This document shows positions 58,971 to 64,000 of a stretch of DNA of 64,000 nucleotides, one piece after another. The stretch lies in NCBI GenBank assembly GCA_963840165.1, contig CAWIXT010000006.1, forward strand, positions 310,244 to 374,243, in the 5' to 3' direction. Both the position numbers and the translations under genes were made by a program. Within the stretch, counting starts at the first letter, position 1; each line of letters begins with the position of its first letter. Under the pieces are notes generated by a model, which ran no database searches, had not been told where the DNA came from, and saw nothing but the letters and a program-made list of their open reading frames with translations. Origin of the DNA: an uncultured Gemmatimonadales bacterium. Lineage in GTDB: Bacteria > Gemmatimonadota > Gemmatimonadetes > Gemmatimonadales > GWC2-71-9.

Positions 58971-59770
58971 AGCAGGAGGTTCTGGTTGGGAGCCTTCGAC
59001 GGCGCAGGCGGTCACGCAGACCGGTCCCCCCCAGTCCCCCAAACGTCCGGAACTGGGTGGTTTACGTCGCGTTGGTCCTGCTGGTCGGCGGGCTGATGTT
59101 GAGTGGCGTTCTCGTCGACCAGCCCAGGACTCTGCCGTTACCTGCCCTGGCTCAGGCCACCGATGTCCGATCTACGATCTGGGAAAACTCCGATTCGATG
59201 CAGATCGAGGTGGCCTGGGATCTCACCCTTTCCGGGCCCGAGGGGGTCCCGGACTCGGTACGCATCCGCATCACTCGCGAAGTCGCGGCCGACACAACTA
59301 TTCTGACGCAGCTCGGGTCTGCCCTGGCTGACACCACGAACCTTCCGGCTCCGAAACCCGGACAGACGGTCAGAGGCGTGTCCTGCGTGTCGGCCCAGCA
59401 TGCCGTCGAGGTGCCGGTTGAGGAGGTGTGCACTCCATGGCAGTATGTCCGACCCCTCGCCACTGCCAGCGCGGGAAGCAACCCGGTCGTCAGCCAGATC
59501 GTGGTGCAGCCGAGTGGATTACAGGTGGATCCTGACGTGGACGGACGATGTGCGGAGTGGCAGCGGACTCACTCGCCTGATTCGGTATGGATCGAAGTAA
59601 ATCTGACTGCCGTTCCAGAATGCACTGGCCCGAACGACAAGCCGATCGTGGCGCAGTTCTGTGCCTTTGCCGTCCTCCGAGACGGGCGCAGAGCCAAGAC
59701 CGCCAGTTCGAGCAACAGCCGCTACTGTGACGAGCTCTTTGCCGAGTGGATCCGGGAACGGTATTCCTGA
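58967..59770 (+). CDS. Hypothetical membrane-anchored protein with a Cys-containing extracytoplasmic domain
   Basis: The start overlaps the upstream stop. The Arg-rich N-terminus is followed by one TM segment (WVVYVALVLLVGGLMLSGVLV). Six Cys lie in the soluble part. Confidence 0.5.
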   Translation: MKQEVLVGSLRRRRRSRRPVPPSPPNVRNWVVYVALVLLVGGLMLSGVLVDQPRTLPLPALAQATDVRSTIWENSDSMQIEVAWDLTLSGPEGVPDSVRIRITREVAADTTILTQLGSALADTTNLPAPKPGQTVRGVSCVSAQHAVEVPVEEVCTPWQYVRPLATASAGSNPVVSQIVVQPSGLQVDPDVDGRCAEWQRTHSPDSVWIEVNLTAVPECTGPNDKPIVAQFCAFAVLRDGRRAKTASSSNSRYCDELFAEWIRERYS

Positions 59771-60744
59771 GATTCGGAACCGCGCTTTTGTTCGGTGACA
59801 TCGCGCTGAGTTCCCCAGGCACCCACCAGCTGACCCCGTTCGAAAATTCCCACCAGATTGTTCACGAAGTACTTCGCGTTGCCGTAGCGATCGATCTCCT
59901 GCGATTCGGCGTCCTCCAACCGATAGCCACTGCGGATGAAATCTCTCAGGTACGCCGCATTATCGGGGTTGGACGGCGGACAGAACACCACCAGCCGGGT
60001 TCCGATCACGTCCGCGGCCGTACGGAAGCCATACATCCTGGCAAAGGCGTCGTTGCACTCCGCCAGGAGTGAATAGAGGTAGAGGTGCTCGACCTGTTCG
60101 TCTTCCGGAAGGGTGATGTCCAGCGGCTTCTCATGATGAAACCGCCAGGTCGCTTCGGTCGTGACTTCGATGAAAGGAGGAGGTGTCTGCCGGGTCCCGG
60201 ATGAGAACGCGATCGAGCCGCCGGCAGCCTCGAAGGGGCTCGGAGGAAGCTTTTCAGCGGGGGCCGTCGCCGCGCTTCTCGGACCGGCAGCGGGGGCCGG
60301 CACTGAACCACGTCGGATTCGGTAGAGTGCAGTCAGCGCCAGACCGGCCACGAGAACCCCGGGACTACTCGACACCACCGCGGCAAGCACCGCGGCGACG
60401 ATTCCCGGGCCGGGCCCGCCGTAGAGAGCACTGATTGCTACCGCGACCAGGAGCACCGGGCTTGCGTCCCATCCCAGGGCCACGTTCAAACCCTGCATCA
60501 GCGCCACCGCGGCGGTGACCGAGAGAATAGAAACGCCGTAACGCAGCAAAGTCGCGCGGGGCCAGCTGGAGGAAGCTTTGGGAGACCTGCTAGCGGACAC
60601 GAGCGGATCGTCCTGGGGCTGTAGGTGTTTAAAGTACGGCGGTTCCGATGGGGGCACAACAGAGAATGATGCGCCGCGGCAGAAGGCGGTCGCGGCGGGT
60701 GGGGCCGGGAACTCCCGGGGCGGCCTGCTGCCCCCCGGAAGCAT
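59722..60744 (-). CDS. Membrane protein with a C-terminal PAS-like domain; start uncertain
   Basis: Hydrophobic N-terminal half. The C-terminal EQVEHLYLYSLLAECNDAFARMYGF...RYGNAKYFVNNLVGIFERGQLVGAWGTQRDVTEQKR looks like a PAS fold. No kinase domain follows. Confidence 0.45.
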   Translation of the reverse strand: MLPGGSRPPREFPAPPAATAFCRGASFSVVPPSEPPYFKHLQPQDDPLVSASRSPKASSSWPRATLLRYGVSILSVTAAVALMQGLNVALGWDASPVLLVAVAISALYGGPGPGIVAAVLAAVVSSSPGVLVAGLALTALYRIRRGSVPAPAAGPRSAATAPAEKLPPSPFEAAGGSIAFSSGTRQTPPPFIEVTTEATWRFHHEKPLDITLPEDEQVEHLYLYSLLAECNDAFARMYGFRTAADVIGTRLVVFCPPSNPDNAAYLRDFIRSGYRLEDAESQEIDRYGNAKYFVNNLVGIFERGQLVGAWGTQRDVTEQKRGSESQEYRSRIHSAKSSSQ

Positions 60745-60761
60745 CCCGTCTATCTGGTGTG

Positions 60762-61787
60762 TTAGACCTGCGCCAAACGGCGCTCCGGGCCGGTGTAGCT
60801 GGAGTCGTGCCGATAGCGGCGCTCGTTCCCACGCCACGCCTCGCCGTTCCCTGACTGCTCGATGCGGGCTTCTTCCCTCCGAACCGTCTCCGAGACCCGC
60901 TCGGTGTCCTGAACCTGCCGCTTCTTGAGGTTCACCTCTTCCCGGACCACAGGCGTTTTCTCGACTCGCACCTCTTCCTCCATCAACGGGATGCGAACCT
61001 CTTCTCCCTCATCGATCGAGCCGCTCGCGTCCCGGCCACTCGCCGCCGGCCGGCGCTCGATGACGACCTCTTCCCGGGTCACCGGAACCTCGACCGTGCG
61101 CTCCTCGGTCACAACTTCCTTGCGGAGACGCACCTCCCCCGCCTGCACCCGGTCCTTCTCCACCCGCAGCTCCTCTTCACGCAGCTCCATGGTACGGGAA
61201 TCCTCGTAGGTACCCGCCCCCGAGGTCGCGCCAGCGCTCATCACCCCACCCGCACTTCCACGAGAACTCGATCCCAGGTCGGCGCCGCTCTCCAACAGGC
61301 ATCCGCGGGCTTCCGCTTCCCGGCCCTCGGCATTCACCGTGACCAGCGTGCCACCAGCCTTGAATCCCTCGTCGAAATGGCGGGCATCTTCCTCCGGGAT
61401 GCCCATGCCCATGAGCGCACCCAGCAGGCCACCCGCCGCCGCGCCGATGCCGGCCCCGGCGAGAGTAGAGGCCAGAGCACCGCCGGCGATGATTGGTCCC
61501 ACGCCCGGGATCGCGAGAGCGCCGACCCCAGCCAGGAGGCCGATGACGCCGCCCAGCACCCCACCACTGATAGCACCGGTTGCAGCGCCTTCGGCTGCTT
61601 GGGTTCCGGTGCCTTCGATCAGCTCCTGCTGCTGTCCCCGGTCCCGCATGGCCACGCCGATCTGGTTCTCGGAGAAGCCCTCGTCCTTGAGCCTCTGGAT
61701 GGCCCGCTCGGCGTCCACCTGGTTCCGGAACAGTCCTACGACGGTGCTACCCTGTCCGGTAGGGTCCGAGTTGGTTCGTCTGCTCAT
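60762..61787 (-). CDS. General stress protein with an N-terminal GsiB/17M-like region, a Gly-zipper membrane segment and a C-terminal YsnF/AvaK (DUF2382) domain
   Basis: VVGLFRNQVDAERAIQRLKDEGF, a GxxxG-rich hydrophobic core, and the repeated charged motifs EEELRVEKDRVQAGEVRLRKEVVTEERTVEVPVTREEV and EEEVRVEKTPVVREEV. AAGGAG precedes the ATG. Confidence 0.7.
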   Translation of the reverse strand: MSRRTNSDPTGQGSTVVGLFRNQVDAERAIQRLKDEGFSENQIGVAMRDRGQQQELIEGTGTQAAEGAATGAISGGVLGGVIGLLAGVGALAIPGVGPIIAGGALASTLAGAGIGAAAGGLLGALMGMGIPEEDARHFDEGFKAGGTLVTVNAEGREAEARGCLLESGADLGSSSRGSAGGVMSAGATSGAGTYEDSRTMELREEELRVEKDRVQAGEVRLRKEVVTEERTVEVPVTREEVVIERRPAASGRDASGSIDEGEEVRIPLMEEEVRVEKTPVVREEVNLKKRQVQDTERVSETVRREEARIEQSGNGEAWRGNERRYRHDSSYTGPERRLAQV

Positions 61788-62067
61788 TTCAAAGCTCCTT
61801 GGATCTGCGATTTGCGATGGCTGTCTTCGCTGCCGCTATGCGGTACGTGCAGATCAATAAAAATCGAGGTTTTGCCTCGCAAGGCGAGGCACGAATCGAG
61901 AACGTATCCGCGGGGAGATCATGATGAAGTGATCAGCCTCACCATTTCGGAATCGGATTTCAGAGGTAAACCGCCTGGTTGCTCATCGGGAACGATGCGA
62001 GGAAAGCCTGTGGTGTCGTCGGAAGGGAGGCGGTGGCGACGGGAAGCGGAAGCTATATTGAGGCTAC

Positions 62068-62149
62068 GCGAACGTGGCGGAACTGGCAGACGCGCAGGAC
62101 TTAGGATCCTGTCCCGTAAGGGGTGCGGGTTCAATTCCCGCCGTTCGCA
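62068..62149 (+). tRNA. tRNA-Leu (anticodon UAG)
   Basis: Perfect acceptor GCGAACG/CGTTCGC. Anticodon stem CAGGA/TCCTG with loop CTTAGGA. Long variable arm TCCCGTAAGGGGT. T-arm GCGGG TTCAATT CCCGC. Confidence 0.9.
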
Positions 62150-63723
62150 CTCCCCAACACCTCCATCGCGGCGTTGCGGCCGTTGATGCCTATCACGCTG
62201 CCACCCGGATAGGTCCCGGCTCCACACAGATACACGCCTTTCATCGGTGTGCCCGGCGTGAGCCGCCGGTCCCACATGTACTCGGGCAGGCACTCACCCT
62301 GAAAGATGTGCCCGCCGGCCAGTCCCGTTCTCCGCTCGATGTCCGGCGGTCCCATGACTTCCATGTGGAGGACGGCCTTCGGGATATTGCTGCAGAAACG
62401 TCCGATCGAGCCGAGCGCCACCCGCGCGACTTCCTCCCGCCGGCTGTTCCAGTCGCCGGCGGCAAAGGTATAGGGCACCGGCTGGGCAAACACGCTCATC
62501 GTGTGGCGCCCTGGAGGGGCCACGGTGGGGTCGTGGGAGCTCTGGAAGTAGAGCTCGGTCCAGAGCCGGTCGGGCAGCTCCCCGGCCATCGACGCCTGGT
62601 GCTGCTGAAGCCACTCGGCCTTGGAGAGCGGTGTGTTCACCTGGCCGAAATGGTGGGGCTCCAACGTCCCTGGCCGCGCGGTGAAGTCCGGCAACTCCTC
62701 CAGGGCGACGGTGATCTTGAGCGTACACCCGGTGATCGGCACGGCTTCGACCTGCGTTCGCCAGGCCGGATCGGCCGCGCCGTCGAGCAACCCCAGTGTA
62801 GTCCGGGGATCGGCGTTGGAGACTATCACCGGAGCGTACATGCGCTCACCGCCTGCGAGCTCTACCCCTTCGCCGGGGAGGATGCGTCGAACCGGGACCC
62901 CTGCGGCAACCACCGCGCCGGCCTCCTGCGCAGTGTCGCACAGAAGGAAGGAAACCAGTCCCATACCACCCTGAACGTAGCCCCACATGCCGGGCAGGCC
63001 GCCCATGCACCCGGAGGCATGATGGAAGTGAATTGAGGCGGTGCCGGGATCGTGGGGACTGGCCCTGGTACCGATGACTCCCTGTCCCAACAGCGACTGC
63101 TGGAGCCGCTCATCGTCGAGGTAACGTTCCACGAACTGCACCATCGACCAATCGAACAGGAGGGCCATTGCCTCCGGGTCCCCCTTGAGCCGGGACTCGA
63201 TCTCCCGGCGCGATGGGGCCTTTCCGATCCACACGTCACCGCTGCCCTGGGGCCTCAGCGCGTTCCGGACCCGCTGCTTGAGGTGGGTCATAGCTCGCCA
63301 CCCGGCGAGGTCGCCGGGCGCGAAGCGCTGAATCTCCTGGTCGGCCCGGGCGTCGTCTCCCCAGAGCTGGACGCTGGTTCCGTCCTCGAACGGCACGAAA
63401 AGCCCCGGGCTGGCCGGATGCCAATCGAGCCCCCGGCGTACCAGATCCAGCTCCTCGATGACCAGGGGATGCAGCAGGCCACAGACATACGCGCAGGGAG
63501 ACACCCGGTACCCGGGCCAGGGCTCCTCCAGGGTGCAGGCCCCGCCGACCCGGTCGCGCCGCTCCAGTACCAGTACCCGCCGGCCGGCGCGAGCCAGATA
63601 GGTGGCACAAGCAAGGCCGTTGTGTCCCGCTCCCACCACGATCACGTCCCAGCGCTCCGCCGCCAGCGCCTTGAGTGGCCGGGGCAGTCCGATACGGCCC
63701 AGAGTCTTTGCTGTCTGAGTCAC
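62131..63723 (-). CDS. FAD/NAD(P)-dependent oxidoreductase of the phytoene-desaturase (CrtI-like) family
   Basis: Dinucleotide-binding DVIVVGAGHNGLACATYLARAGRRVLVLERRDRVGG. It is 530 aa. The last 6 codons overlap the tRNA-Leu 3' end on the opposite strand. Confidence 0.8.
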   Translation of the reverse strand: MTQTAKTLGRIGLPRPLKALAAERWDVIVVGAGHNGLACATYLARAGRRVLVLERRDRVGGACTLEEPWPGYRVSPCAYVCGLLHPLVIEELDLVRRGLDWHPASPGLFVPFEDGTSVQLWGDDARADQEIQRFAPGDLAGWRAMTHLKQRVRNALRPQGSGDVWIGKAPSRREIESRLKGDPEAMALLFDWSMVQFVERYLDDERLQQSLLGQGVIGTRASPHDPGTASIHFHHASGCMGGLPGMWGYVQGGMGLVSFLLCDTAQEAGAVVAAGVPVRRILPGEGVELAGGERMYAPVIVSNADPRTTLGLLDGAADPAWRTQVEAVPITGCTLKITVALEELPDFTARPGTLEPHHFGQVNTPLSKAEWLQQHQASMAGELPDRLWTELYFQSSHDPTVAPPGRHTMSVFAQPVPYTFAAGDWNSRREEVARVALGSIGRFCSNIPKAVLHMEVMGPPDIERRTGLAGGHIFQGECLPEYMWDRRLTPGTPMKGVYLCGAGTYPGGSVIGINGRNAAMEVLGSANGGN

Positions 63724-63823
63724 GGGGATGCTCCAGGAGCGATCACTCGAGTGCCTCCGGGCGGTCGAGCTGCCCCTCTATGGCTCTGCTTCGGAGTTCG
63801 GGACCGGGACGGAAGAGTATGGC

Positions 63824-64000
63824 TCAGCCGGCGAGAAGCTTACGAACCGCCTCACGCAGGGTGGCCACGCTGAACGGCTTGTAGACGGTAGGCACATCGT
63901 CCGGCAGTCCCTGCTCCAGCCGCCGGCGGGAGATGTCGTCAATGTGGAGGATCGGAAGCGACGGAAAGTCCTGGCGGACCCGCTCGATCAGCTCGGGCCC
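63824..64000 (-). CDS. Response-regulator receiver domain protein, C-terminal fragment (runs off the window)
   Basis: My minus-strand translation gives ...GPELIERVRQDFPSLPILHIDDISRRRLEQGLPDDVPTVYKPFSVATLREAVRKLLAG stop. The KPF motif is typical of receiver domains. Confidence 0.55.
   Translation of the reverse strand, partial: GPELIERVRQDFPSLPILHIDDISRRRLEQGLPDDVPTVYKPFSVATLREAVRKLLAG

Noticed and set aside
61874-61893. Hairpin TGCCTCGC-aag-GCGAGGCA upstream of the YsnF-like gene as a terminator
   Set aside because: There is no T-run on either strand after the stem. It lies in a promoter or 5' region rather than at a gene end, so its function is undetermined.

Overview
High-GC (roughly two-thirds G+C) bacterial chromosomal window. 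Most of it is ordinary housekeeping and nutrient-scavenging content. I found no rRNA, CRISPR array, transposase, integrase or prophage signature. All gene calls come from reading the supplied translations for family motifs, because no database search was possible.

Gene content in order:
- A frameshifted long Ppx/GppA, then dps and tRNA-Lys(UUU).
- A secreted kelch/galactose-oxidase-like protein, bioD, and a frameshifted M1 aminopeptidase.
- The conserved ffh-rpsP-rimM-trmD-rplS-rnhB cluster.
- An RCC1-repeat lipoprotein and a trmH-pilD-metalloprotease operon, with thiD adjacent on the opposite strand.
- A nucleotide/nucleoside scavenging operon: tandem 5'-nucleotidase, small protein, add, nupC, punA.
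- A roughly 22-kb phosphate-stress block: ArsR-PhoB-PhoR, a divergent GT4 glycosyltransferase/PAP2 pair, lipoproteins plus a TonB-dependent receptor, an OprO/P-type porin, two pstS, pstC, pstA, two pstB, phoU and a short Ppx.
- deoC plus a fused aldehyde dehydrogenase, rhomboid, a Gfo/Idh/MocA oxidoreductase, dnaK, htrA, HAD, an M49-like peptidase, a YsnF-like stress protein, tRNA-Leu(UAG) and a CrtI-like oxidoreductase.

Three things the gene list does not explain:
1. A pervasive family of paired, inverted short-tandem-repeat arrays (7-9 bp units) and palindromic core elements fills intergenic gaps outside the phosphate block. In several places these elements are read through in frame by real genes.
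2. An 11-bp-phased direct-repeat motif, GT(G/T)AC(C/A/G), recurs upstream of the phosphate-block promoters. It is a candidate Pho box.
3. Single-nucleotide frameshifts occur in patches and hit essential genes (ffh, trmD). They are therefore more likely assembly or polishing errors than decay.

I did not find a clear novel multi-gene system such as a defence island. The repeat architecture and the extended Pho neighbourhood are the best leads.
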